NCBI GenBank assembly: GCA_001604325.1
Contig: LVBF01000013.1
Coordinates: forward strand, 8,323 to 72,322
Direction of reading: 5' to 3'
DNA from: Spirochaetales bacterium Spiro_04
GTDB lineage: Bacteria; Spirochaetota; Spirochaetia; Sphaerochaetales; Sphaerochaetaceae
Length of the DNA: 64,000 nt
In this document: piece after piece, positions 26,528 to 35,592 of the stretch
How positions within the stretch are numbered: the first letter of the stretch is position 1
How the letters are laid out: every line of letters begins with the position of its first letter
Program-made: the position numbers and the translations under genes
The notes under the pieces: model-generated
Told to the model about the DNA's origin: nothing
Databases searched by the model: none
The model's input: only the letters and a program-made list of their open reading frames with translations

Positions 26528-28567
26528 TTACAGGATTCTGTACAACAACAACTCCTCGCTGTTCTCCGATGTGACCAAGAGGTGGTCTCCATTCAGTGAG
26601 AGCTCCATCCATGCGGGGTTGAAGTTCCCGAGCGAGGCCGATCCCATCTCCTCAAGTGTGCCGTTTTCGAAGGAGAAGACGGCAAGGTTGTGGCTCTGCC
26701 GGCAGAGCACATAGAGGTGCTTGCCATCAGGGGCGCGCGTGAGGGCGATGATGTCTTCCATCAAGCCGGTCTGGTAGATGTTCGAGGTGAAGATCTCCTT
26801 TTGTTCCCAATTGCTGGTCCCGGTTCTGGCAAAGCGCCCGATATCCTTGCTCGTGGCATAGACCATGTTCGTATCGTCGAGGAAACAGACTTCCCGCACT
26901 CCGTCGAGGAATGGAGCATCACTGGAATCAATCTCTGTCCTCATGCCGAAGGAGTAGCCGATCCTCGGCTCCCATTCACTGAAGACGATCAGTGAATCAC
27001 TCGCCTTGACGAAGGCGGTCATATCACCTGAAGGAGTGATGTCCATGCCGGTGAGCGGGACGCCATCTCCGGGCGGGAAGGTATCGTAATACCCGTTTCG
27101 ATGGAAGTCCGCTGCGCCTACGGCATAGAGATTCAACTCCACTGCCGTTTCGAAGGTCGGATGGAGGCCCAAAAGTACCCCGTGGGGGCGATTGACCGCC
27201 CAGTGGTAGAGGTAGGGGAAGGTCCCGGTCCCCCATTCCTCGCATCCGTAATTGTTCCCCTTCTCGAAGAGCTTGGTCAACGTGCTGGTCGAAAGGTCGT
27301 ACTGGTAGACCGCGACCTTCGGATTGATCGAGTTCGAGATCACCACCCGGTATGTCACCGGGTCGGCATAGAGTGAGGCCACACCGGCGAGATTGAACGA
27401 ATCGGCGGACGTGTAGGTGTGGATGACCTCCACCGAATCGCGGACAATTCTACAGACCTGGAGGGTCTGATGGGTAGGGCTGGCCAGCAAAAACTTTCCA
27501 TCGGGGAGGAAGGCCACCTGGGACCCTACGCCGATGTTCAAGCCATTGGTATTGTCCACAACCCTGCTGACGAGCGTCGGAATGCCCGGTTCTCCGTCAA
27601 CAGTGGCTATGAAAGAGATGCTGGCCGACCCGGAACTGGCGAGCAATGCTCCTTCTGCGATGACATCCAAGCGATGCGTACCGCTCGATGGCGTGAAGGT
27701 GCAGCTCTCGTTGCCCACCATGAGCTCACCGTCGAGGTACCAGTTGACCCCGATGGGGTGTGCTCCCTCGGTGCTCAAGGTGGCTGTCGCGCTCTTTTGA
27801 GCCACCATCGTCTCGGTGATCCCCCCGATGGTGCAGGGGATGGGGGTGCCCAGGCTGTCGACAAGCATCACCGTGTTGGGGATATCGCTGTACTTGTCCA
27901 GCCGGAGTTCGATGTGGGCTTCGGTGGTCCTCCCCCCGACGATACGCACCACTTCCACGCAGCCCGCCACGCGAATGTCGGCGCTGTCCAGCTGCGCCTG
28001 CAAGAGGTAGGAGCCGGCTTCCAGCGTGGATGTGTACTGCACCGAGCCGTGCGTGCTGTTGTTGACCTTGGGTGTCAACTTGGTGCGTACCCCCTCACTG
28101 TCCTCAAGCCACACGGACAGCGTCGCATCGCTGATCTGTGAGACATCCCAGTAGAACTCGATGTCCATCACGCCGGTGCCTGAGAGCGTATTGAGCTCGA
28201 TGACCGCCTCGGTGGGCTCCTTGGTGAGCGTGACTGTTTGGGTCCCCCGCACCAAGTCGACGCCTTGGGAGTTCTGCCCCACTGCCGTGAGATCCCACGT
28301 GCCGATGAGCAGCCCTTGGACCTCGACCGAAGTATTGGTGCTCACAATACTGAACGTCGAGCCCTGTGGACCATCGCCTTCAACCACATAGCGAGACACA
28401 GACAGTGGTGTGTCATCCGGTACCAAGGTTCGCTGCAATGCCTTGCTGCTGTCCATGTTCAGGTGCAACGATGAACGGGCAACCGCTTCGTCATCACTGC
28501 AAGAGATGGCGAGCAACGTGACCAGGCATAGGGCGAAGAGTAGTAGCTTTGAAATGGTTCTCTTCAT
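26528..28567 (-). CDS. Large lipoprotein, predicted Ig-like domains + C-terminal beta-propeller
   Basis: MKRTISK...LLAISC lipobox; beta-rich segments (GTWDLTAVG, VNWYLDG); AFLPDGKFL, APDGKHLYV and LNGDHLLV blade motifs. Confidence 0.7.
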   Translation of the reverse strand: MKRTISKLLLFALCLVTLLAISCSDDEAVARSSLHLNMDSSKALQRTLVPDDTPLSVSRYVVEGDGPQGSTFSIVSTNTSVEVQGLLIGTWDLTAVGQNSQGVDLVRGTQTVTLTKEPTEAVIELNTLSGTGVMDIEFYWDVSQISDATLSVWLEDSEGVRTKLTPKVNNSTHGSVQYTSTLEAGSYLLQAQLDSADIRVAGCVEVVRIVGGRTTEAHIELRLDKYSDIPNTVMLVDSLGTPIPCTIGGITETMVAQKSATATLSTEGAHPIGVNWYLDGELMVGNESCTFTPSSGTHRLDVIAEGALLASSGSASISFIATVDGEPGIPTLVSRVVDNTNGLNIGVGSQVAFLPDGKFLLASPTHQTLQVCRIVRDSVEVIHTYTSADSFNLAGVASLYADPVTYRVVISNSINPKVAVYQYDLSTSTLTKLFEKGNNYGCEEWGTGTFPYLYHWAVNRPHGVLLGLHPTFETAVELNLYAVGAADFHRNGYYDTFPPGDGVPLTGMDITPSGDMTAFVKASDSLIVFSEWEPRIGYSFGMRTEIDSSDAPFLDGVREVCFLDDTNMVYATSKDIGRFARTGTSNWEQKEIFTSNIYQTGLMEDIIALTRAPDGKHLYVLCRQSHNLAVFSFENGTLEEMGSASLGNFNPAWMELSLNGDHLLVTSENSEELLLYRIL

Positions 28568-28653
28568 GTCATCCTCCACCGTATAAGGGGGAGGAGTGCT
28601 TCATTTGCTTCAGAGAGCTTTTCTTTTACACGCCAAGCGGGTAGCATGAGGGT

Positions 28654-29121
28654 ATGCAGATCATCATCAGAATCGCCCTGCTGGCCACCACCGCCGCCGT
28701 TGTCTTTCTCAACCCGCTCTATGTGGGACGTACGCTCTATTATGCCCTGTTGGCTCTTCTGCTCGCCCTTGCCCTGCTCTTTTGGGTCACCACCTGGCGT
28801 ATCGGGCGCAAGCGTGCAGCACGGTACGTGAAGGAGCCCCTCCTCCATCATGAGAGCGGTTCGTACTCCTCATCGCTGGATGAGAAGCGGGAGTTGGGGG
28901 CATTGGTGGTGACGGAGGAGAAGATTCTCTTCCTGGTGCGCCGGGGAACACCCATCGAGACCGCCTGGGAGATCGAGAGAGGGGATGTGATCCACCTCTC
29001 ACCGTTCGTCACCAAGCGAAAAAAAGGCCTCCTCATCGCAACCGAGGAGGAGGGCCGTTACTGCTATACGAAAAAACCGGAGAGACTCATCACCCTCCTG
29101 ACCGTACCTCACCAGGAGTAG
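28654..29121 (+). CDS. Hypothetical membrane protein (2 TM + small soluble domain)
   Basis: 155-aa ORF with two N-terminal hydrophobic helices; fills the gap between neighbours. Confidence 0.65.
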   Translation: MQIIIRIALLATTAAVVFLNPLYVGRTLYYALLALLLALALLFWVTTWRIGRKRAARYVKEPLLHHESGSYSSSLDEKRELGALVVTEEKILFLVRRGTPIETAWEIERGDVIHLSPFVTKRKKGLLIATEEEGRYCYTKKPERLITLLTVPHQE

Positions 29122-30353
29122 GAAATACCGATTCTGGCCGGCTCGAAGGCGAATGAGATGTCATCTCCAGCATACCAGCGACCAGAGAGACCCACCTCAT
29201 AGAAGAGGGAGAAGGAGTCGATGAGCTTGACAGTGACACCCCCCGAAACTCGGGCAACGAGGCCGAAGGCCGGCGTTGAGGAGAAGAGGGCAGACGGGCC
29301 GAGAGAAATCGTCAGCGGATAGCTGAACGTGGCCTGAGGTGCGAAGGTCAACCGAGCGCTCCCCACGATGTCGAGCATCCAGTCGGTGGCGTTCTTGCCA
29401 CCTGCAAGCCCCCCACCCCAACTGAAGAGCTCACCGTGGCGGTGCAGAATGCCAAGCTCGAAGCCAAAGCTTTCCCCCTTGAAGGAGGGAAGGGCGAGGC
29501 TGATCGCCGAGACGCGGAACTCAGCGTTCCAGAACTGTTCTTTTATTTCACGATCAGAGCGGGTCGTGGGGATCGGGAGGGCTTCAGAAGCGACCACCGG
29601 CATGGTCTCTGTGGGCTCATCGAGCGGGACATCGCTCCCTCTCTCCTCTTCGACTACGATCGGCTCGATTTCCTCATCTTCGACCAGCGGAGGAAGCGAA
29701 CGTTCGATCTCGATTGGTTCGACTTCTTCCTCTTCAACCGGTGGGGGAAGCGGAAGGTCGGCTACGACCGGTTCTTCTGGTTTTGCCTTCAGAAGCGTGA
29801 GATCGATATCAAGTGGTTGTGCGAGGGCGAACAGTTCACTGCCGATGATTTCTTCGAGCTCGGAGAAGGGAATAACCGTCACCTCAACCTCGGTGTACGG
29901 AACTTCGACTGCCGCAGATGGGAGTTTGGCCTCGCTTTCATCGGCCATCGGCTCAGCTTCAATTTCATCAACCATCATCGGCTCAGCTTCGCTTACATCG
30001 ACGATGGGCTCAGCTTCGCTTTCATCGACGATGGGATCGGCCTCGCTTTCATCGACGATGGGATCGGCCTCGCTTTCATCGACGATGGGATCGGCCTCGC
30101 TTGCATCGATACCGATGGGTTCTTCATCAAGAGAATCAAAGGCAGTCGGTGAGCTCGTTCTGATGGGAGGCGCCACTACCGCATCATGCTCCGCGTGGAC
30201 AGCCACCTGCTCAGTCGCTGGTGTCGTTGGCGCTTCCGTCTGCTGCGTTGACGCTCTATCAGCCAAGGGCATGAACTCCATGTACCAGTAGACGCCGGCT
30301 GCCACGGTCAACACAGCGATGACAATCAATGCTATCAAGCCACTTTTTCTCAC
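29109..30353 (-). CDS. Hypothetical envelope protein: N-terminal TM anchor, acidic Pro/Glu linker with repeats, predicted C-terminal beta-barrel
   Basis: GTG start after GGAAGGAG; hydrophobic LIALIVIAVLTVAAGVYWY; about 250 aa low-complexity acidic region; eight amphipathic strands ending RIGISYSW. Confidence 0.72.
   Translation of the reverse strand: MRKSGLIALIVIAVLTVAAGVYWYMEFMPLADRASTQQTEAPTTPATEQVAVHAEHDAVVAPPIRTSSPTAFDSLDEEPIGIDASEADPIVDESEADPIVDESEADPIVDESEAEPIVDVSEAEPMMVDEIEAEPMADESEAKLPSAAVEVPYTEVEVTVIPFSELEEIIGSELFALAQPLDIDLTLLKAKPEEPVVADLPLPPPVEEEEVEPIEIERSLPPLVEDEEIEPIVVEEERGSDVPLDEPTETMPVVASEALPIPTTRSDREIKEQFWNAEFRVSAISLALPSFKGESFGFELGILHRHGELFSWGGGLAGGKNATDWMLDIVGSARLTFAPQATFSYPLTISLGPSALFSSTPAFGLVARVSGGVTVKLIDSFSLFYEVGLSGRWYAGDDISFAFEPARIGISYSW
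29928..30125. repeat. Intragenic 27-bp tandem repeat (9-aa SEADPIVDE unit)
   Basis: Three exact copies of TCATCGACGATGGGATCGGCCTCGCTT at 30022-30102, plus about four degenerate flanking copies. Confidence 0.92.
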
Positions 30354-30502
30354 ATTGTGCTCCTTCCACCCAGTATAACACCTGACGGTACCCATTTATA
30401 TACTCGGTGGGGTTTTTACACCATATCCCCATAAATGAGTACCCATTTTGGAGAATATCCGCAATCGAGCCATCGTGCTAGCCTCGAAATCGGAGGAAGA
30501 AC

Positions 30503-31051
30503 ATGAAAAAGTTCACCGCCTTCTGCATCGTAGCACTCTGCCTCATGCCGCTCGGAGCAAGAGAGGGGCTCTCGGTGGCCATCGACCTTGGTTCAATCGA
30601 GAGTTTCTTCTTCGACACCGCCCACCTTCGCCTGGAAGTGGCCTGGGACATCACCGAGGAGTTTGGGTTGCGTCTGCCCGTCACGCTGACCGCTGAGTGG
30701 CTCAAAGGTGATCCCTACTACCTGGAAGCAGGCCTCTTCATCGATTATTACCCCTTGGGTTGGCCGTTCTTCCTCTCCCTCTCATTGGCTCAGGTCGGGG
30801 TGTTGGGCAATCAGCGGGGGGAGGATGATCCGGCGGTGCTCTTTCTCAACGAGATGGCCGTGGGGTGGAAGTTTTCCATTCCCCCCGGCTTTGTCCTGAC
30901 CCCGATGGTGATCGTCCGTGATCCCAATCGGGTCTTTGAGGGTGAGTATGCAGAGATGGGTGACATCTTCACACACTTTCCCATGGTTCGCTGTGCTCTC
31001 TTGTTCGGCTGGACTTTTCCTGTTGGCCATTCGAGGACAGAGGGGGAGTGA
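30503..31051 (+). CDS. Secreted hypothetical protein, predicted small outer-membrane beta-barrel
   Basis: Signal peptide ending PLGA; alternating strands (LRLEVAWD, LEAGLFIDYYP, MAVGWKF, ALLFGWTF); GGAGG RBS. Confidence 0.65.
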   Translation: MKKFTAFCIVALCLMPLGAREGLSVAIDLGSIESFFFDTAHLRLEVAWDITEEFGLRLPVTLTAEWLKGDPYYLEAGLFIDYYPLGWPFFLSLSLAQVGVLGNQRGEDDPAVLFLNEMAVGWKFSIPPGFVLTPMVIVRDPNRVFEGEYAEMGDIFTHFPMVRCALLFGWTFPVGHSRTEGE

Positions 31052-31084
31052 AGATCATCATCAACAGGAGAGGGAGGAGTTTCA

Positions 31085-31936
31085 ATGATACGAACGATAG
31101 GCAGATGGGCATTGGTCATCGCACTCATCATCCCACTCAGCGGATGTTCGATGGGGTGGGAGGCGAAGAGCAAGGCGAGGATCTCGGATGAGGAGTTGAT
31201 TCCCCGGGCCACCGAGATAATCGAGGAGCAACGGCAGGTCGTGATGCCGTACCTCGAAGAGGAGTTGTCCCGCGTGTTGGCCAGGGGGGAGGTGAGCAGC
31301 GCCGAGATCGTCTCCAATACGCTTGGAGAAGAGAAGGGTCGTGAGTACCTCGAGTTCATGTACACCGTGGGCTGGGCTGAGAGTGGTGATGAGCAGTACG
31401 AAGAGGTGGTCTCATTCGCCCACTCGTTGCTCGATGAGGCGGGAAGGGTGGAACTGGATGAGCAACTCACACAGACGAGGGCCATCTTGATGCAGAAGGG
31501 TGAAGAGCTGGCCCGCGCTCTGGCCCCGAGTCAGCGGGCGGCGTTCTGGAAGGATATGCAGGATTTGGTCACCCGGACCCTGGTCCTCTTTACCGCCGGA
31601 GTGGTGTATGCGTGCATTCCCACCGTCGTCTTCTGGGGCAAGATCGCAGCCGCAGCGGCCATTGCGATCGCTACGGGCGTCGTGTCGACGTCGGTGATGT
31701 GCATCTGGCGCTACTATGAGTTCGGCGGCTCGCTGGATGATTCGTTCGCCGAGTGGATAGCAGAGGTCACGTCCGAACCGCAGGCCTCCTATGCGTTTGC
31801 CGCCAGCATGATGGCGGTGGGCACCACCATGAAGCGGAGCCCGGTGGTCACCGGCATCATCATCTGTGTGTTCGCCATCTACAATGTCGTCGATCTGATC
31901 AAGCCGATGCTCAAGAAGTACAACTTCTCTGTGTGA
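31085..31936 (+). CDS. Hypothetical lipoprotein with hydrophobic C-terminal half
   Basis: PLSGC lipobox; charged helical N-half; several Ala/Val/Ile-rich segments; GGAGGAG RBS. Confidence 0.72.
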   Translation: MIRTIGRWALVIALIIPLSGCSMGWEAKSKARISDEELIPRATEIIEEQRQVVMPYLEEELSRVLARGEVSSAEIVSNTLGEEKGREYLEFMYTVGWAESGDEQYEEVVSFAHSLLDEAGRVELDEQLTQTRAILMQKGEELARALAPSQRAAFWKDMQDLVTRTLVLFTAGVVYACIPTVVFWGKIAAAAAIAIATGVVSTSVMCIWRYYEFGGSLDDSFAEWIAEVTSEPQASYAFAASMMAVGTTMKRSPVVTGIIICVFAIYNVVDLIKPMLKKYNFSV

Positions 31937-32009
31937 CACCCCAGGTTGCTCCTGCCCCCACTTTGTGAAATACTTGCAGTACCCTGTGGGGAAAGGAGCA
32001 ACCATCATC

Positions 32010-33251
32010 ATGTCCAGAGCATTTGAATCCAACCTTCTTGCGCGTTTTCTGCGCTATGTCGCCATCGATACAATGAGTGACGAGAGCGTCGTAGCGACCA
32101 AGAGTCCCTCCACCGAGGGACAATGGGAGCTCTTGCACCTCTTGGCCAAAGAGCTCACTGAGATGGGAATCGAGGATGTCACAACGGCACCGCAAGGGGT
32201 GGTGATCGCCCGTCTGCCATCCAACACGACGAGGGATGTGCCCACCGTCGCCTTCATGGCCCATGTCGATACCGCCGACGATGTACCGGGAAATGGGGTG
32301 AAGGCACGGGTCATCGAATCCTATGATGGCAAGGACATCCCGTTGAACGGGGACGTGACGCTCTCGGTGGCCGACAACCCGGCGTTGGGGGAATATATCG
32401 GAGATACGTTGATCGTCACCGATGGGACCACGCTTTTGGGCAGTGATGACAAAGCCGGGGTGGCCGAGATCATGAGCGCCCTGCAGTATCTGATCGACAA
32501 CCCCCAGATCGAGCACGGTGAGGTGGAGGTGATCTTCACCACCGATGAGGAGACGGGCGCGGGGATGGACCACTTCCCCTACGACAAGATCCGCTGCCAG
32601 TACTGCTATACCATCGATGGGGGCGGACGCCACGTGATCGAGAGTGAGTGCTTCAACGCAGCGACGGTGAAGGTGCGCTTCGAGGGCATCAGCTACCACC
32701 TGGGCATGGCGCGCGGGCGCTTGGTCAATGCCCTGACGATGGCCGCCTTCTTCGTCAACGCCCTGCCGCAGGCGGAGAGCCCGGAGGCGACCGACGAGCG
32801 CTACGGGTACTACTGCGCCCAGAACATCAGCGGCACCGCGACGGCGGTGGACCTGACCATCTACCTGCGCGACTTCGACCTTGACGTACTCAACCGACGC
32901 ATCGAGGCCATCAAGAGACTCGCCGTTGCCACCGAGGCGTTGTACAACGGCGGTACGGTGAGTGTGGACGCCAAGCATGTCTACTACAACATGGCCCTGA
33001 TCGCCGAGAACAAACCGTTTGCCATGGAGCATCTCAAGGAGGCGGGGCGTGAGTTGGGCTTCGAGTTGCGGGAAGAGCTCATCCGGGGCGGCACCGATGG
33101 GGCGCGGATGGCCAATGAACGCAACATCCCCTGTCCCAACATCTTCACCGGCGGCTACAACATCCACTCGATCTATGAGTGGGCGGCCCTGGGCGCGATG
33201 GCCGATGCCGCTCGTCTGATCGTCAAGATCGTCGAGGTCGGGGGCCGCTGA
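32010..33251 (+). CDS. pepT: Peptidase T (M20B tripeptidase)
   Basis: RFLRYVAIDT, AHVDTA, LGSDDKAG, FTTDEETG, IRGGTDGA, NIFTGG. Confidence 0.95.
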   Translation: MSRAFESNLLARFLRYVAIDTMSDESVVATKSPSTEGQWELLHLLAKELTEMGIEDVTTAPQGVVIARLPSNTTRDVPTVAFMAHVDTADDVPGNGVKARVIESYDGKDIPLNGDVTLSVADNPALGEYIGDTLIVTDGTTLLGSDDKAGVAEIMSALQYLIDNPQIEHGEVEVIFTTDEETGAGMDHFPYDKIRCQYCYTIDGGGRHVIESECFNAATVKVRFEGISYHLGMARGRLVNALTMAAFFVNALPQAESPEATDERYGYYCAQNISGTATAVDLTIYLRDFDLDVLNRRIEAIKRLAVATEALYNGGTVSVDAKHVYYNMALIAENKPFAMEHLKEAGRELGFELREELIRGGTDGARMANERNIPCPNIFTGGYNIHSIYEWAALGAMADAARLIVKIVEVGGR

Positions 33252-34201
33252 TGAAACGAGCCGGCCTCCTGCTCACCCTCTTGCTCGTTGCCTCCCTGGT
33301 ATCTGCGGCGACCCTCGATCTTCGTGTCGAGGCAGCGGTCGGCGATGAGTATGAGGCGCAGGTGCGATCCGGCGTGGAAAAATTTCTCTTCGGTCGCATG
33401 GAAGCGGAGGCAACCGTCACTGGACACCTTGATGATGGTCTGGTGCTGACCCTCTCCACCGAGACCGGTTCGCTCTCCGTCCCCCTCCCGTCAGAGGCAC
33501 CGGAGGTGATGGGCACCCTCCGCTCAGCGCTCTTATGGGATGCCCTCTCCCTCATCGAGCTGCCCGAGGGGGCACGCCTCTCCTATCCGCTCTCCTCCGG
33601 CTTCATGATCGAAGGGCTGGAGACGCGACGTGAAGGGCTCGAGTACTGGGTCGTCGATCGAGATTTGAAGAGGAGGGGGAGTGTACGGGTGATGCGGGTC
33701 GTGGAGGGCGACGAGATGTCCGTCATGGCGGTTCAGACGTCGGGAGGAGCGCTGTTGCCCCATATGGGCCTTGAGCGCATGGGCACCTTCTCCGCCGCCC
33801 TCTCCGCCTCGATCTCTCTGACGGGAACCATCGGCGTGGAGGCCATGGTACTCCAGCCGTTGCCCCGGTACCCGCTGGAAGTCCGCTATGGCATCGGCTA
33901 CAGCACCGCTGAGTCGCTCACCGTACGTCTGGGGCTCGGCGCCTCCCTGCCGTTGGCCCACTTCTTTGGCACGGGCAATGTCGTTGGACGAATCTTCTCC
34001 ATCGAGGGGTGGGCCGACCTTGGCGCAGGATGGGATGATGGGGTGCTGCTCTCCGCCTCAGCCCGCATCGGCCTCTCCTGCCGACTCTCCTCCTGGCGCT
34101 TGACCGCCCTCGTGGGGACTGCCCATGCGGCCACCGCAGAGAACACCGTGAACCAAGGGCTGTTCTTCACGCTGGGAACAGCGTACACTTATACGCCATG
34201 A
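33251..34201 (+). CDS. Secreted hypothetical protein with predicted C-terminal beta-barrel
   Basis: ATG overlaps the pepT stop; signal peptide ending LVSA; C-terminal amphipathic strands ending FFTLGTAYTYTP. Confidence 0.65.
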   Translation: MKRAGLLLTLLLVASLVSAATLDLRVEAAVGDEYEAQVRSGVEKFLFGRMEAEATVTGHLDDGLVLTLSTETGSLSVPLPSEAPEVMGTLRSALLWDALSLIELPEGARLSYPLSSGFMIEGLETRREGLEYWVVDRDLKRRGSVRVMRVVEGDEMSVMAVQTSGGALLPHMGLERMGTFSAALSASISLTGTIGVEAMVLQPLPRYPLEVRYGIGYSTAESLTVRLGLGASLPLAHFFGTGNVVGRIFSIEGWADLGAGWDDGVLLSASARIGLSCRLSSWRLTALVGTAHAATAENTVNQGLFFTLGTAYTYTP

Positions 34202-35592
34202 AGCGTTTCATTCCCCTCCTCTTGGCCATCCTCATCCTCCTCAGCTCCTGCTCTTCCTTCGGGATTTTGGTGCGCTCCCAGGTGGAGGGTCTGCCTTCCT
34301 GGGTGTACAACCCCACGGTGCGGGGTGACCAGATGGCCTTTGTCGGCAAAGGCAGCAGTACGGTCGCCTATAATGCCCGCTTGGCCTCGTATGACGATAT
34401 CCTTGCTCAGATCTCCACCTTTGTCGGTGAGGACATACGGGACTCCTACTACCGGGAGCTCACCACCACATCCCGGATTTCCGACTTCAACCTTTCGGTG
34501 ACCAGTGAGCACCAGCGCACAGAGAAAGGGATGATCCAGGTCTATCTGCTGGCCCGCATGGATACCACGGCTCTCAAGGCGAGGCAAACCACCATCTATC
34601 GCCAGACGCAAGAACGGGAGGAGCGGATCAGCTCCTTGATCAAGGAGGCCGATCGAGCGTATCGGGCCAACGATGATACGCAGGCCATCGCCCGGTACCT
34701 GGAGGCCGCCGCCGTCGCATCCTCGGGACCCATCCTGGACAAGAAGCACGAGAGCTCCCTCCTGGTCGACCGGGCGATCGCCTATATCAAGGCGCTGCAC
34801 CTCTCGTTCCGCTCCTCTGATGAGGGGGCGGTGACGACCGTGGTGCAGTTGCGCCGACGTCGCCGCTTGATCTCCTCCCGGGTGGTCAATGCCTCCATAC
34901 GGGCATCTTTTTCCGCCTACAACAGCCTTGGCGAACGCTACGACGATGAGTTGATCTTCACCACCGCCTCCCAAGGCTCATTCCTGTTCGTTCCCCACAG
35001 TGAGCTCTTGGTCACAGAGGGTGCCATCACCTTCTCCCTCGACCTGGATGAGGCGATCGCCTCATCGAGGCAGAATTTGGATCCAGCGTTGCTCGAGCAA
35101 GTCGAAGATGCGCTCTCCCAGGTGCGCACCGCCTTCCCCTATCACCGCACTTCCCCCCTCGCCTCCACGCTCTTGTATGCCGAGATCCAAGAGTATGCCT
35201 TCGATGGGACCATCCACGATGGGGCGGTGGCGCTGACCTCCTTCGTCGCCACCCTCGATCGCTTCAGTGTCGCCTCGATGGCCGTCGATGTGAAGGCAAC
35301 GGAGTTGGAGGACCAGATCATTGAGTTGAGGAACCGCTTCGGCCCAGCGGCCCTCGCCTATGTGGGCAGCGTTGGGGTGGTGGAGGAGGATCACGTCATC
35401 GATCAAGCGGTGGTGGTGGCCTCCGGGCGAATCCAGCTCTACGACCTCGCCCAGGGGCGTCTGCTCTTCGACACCGAGGATGTCGAGGCGGTGGCCACCG
35501 GCGACACCCTCGAGCGGGCCCGCATCACCGCCTTGCAGCGCTTCGGCACCATTGCAGCCTCACGCTGCGCAGCGACGTTGTTCACCCCCTGA
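34198..35592 (+). CDS. Lipoprotein with LPP20-like N-terminus and helical middle region
   Basis: LLSSC lipobox; PSWV...FVGKG...ARLASY, VYLLARM pattern; ATGA overlap with the upstream gene. Confidence 0.65.
   Translation: MKRFIPLLLAILILLSSCSSFGILVRSQVEGLPSWVYNPTVRGDQMAFVGKGSSTVAYNARLASYDDILAQISTFVGEDIRDSYYRELTTTSRISDFNLSVTSEHQRTEKGMIQVYLLARMDTTALKARQTTIYRQTQEREERISSLIKEADRAYRANDDTQAIARYLEAAAVASSGPILDKKHESSLLVDRAIAYIKALHLSFRSSDEGAVTTVVQLRRRRRLISSRVVNASIRASFSAYNSLGERYDDELIFTTASQGSFLFVPHSELLVTEGAITFSLDLDEAIASSRQNLDPALLEQVEDALSQVRTAFPYHRTSPLASTLLYAEIQEYAFDGTIHDGAVALTSFVATLDRFSVASMAVDVKATELEDQIIELRNRFGPAALAYVGSVGVVEEDHVIDQAVVVASGRIQLYDLAQGRLLFDTEDVEAVATGDTLERARITALQRFGTIAASRCAATLFTP

Noticed and set aside
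29928-30125. 27-bp repeats as a possible CRISPR array
   Set aside because: Units are head-to-tail without unique spacers, are in frame within a CDS, and no cas genes are present.
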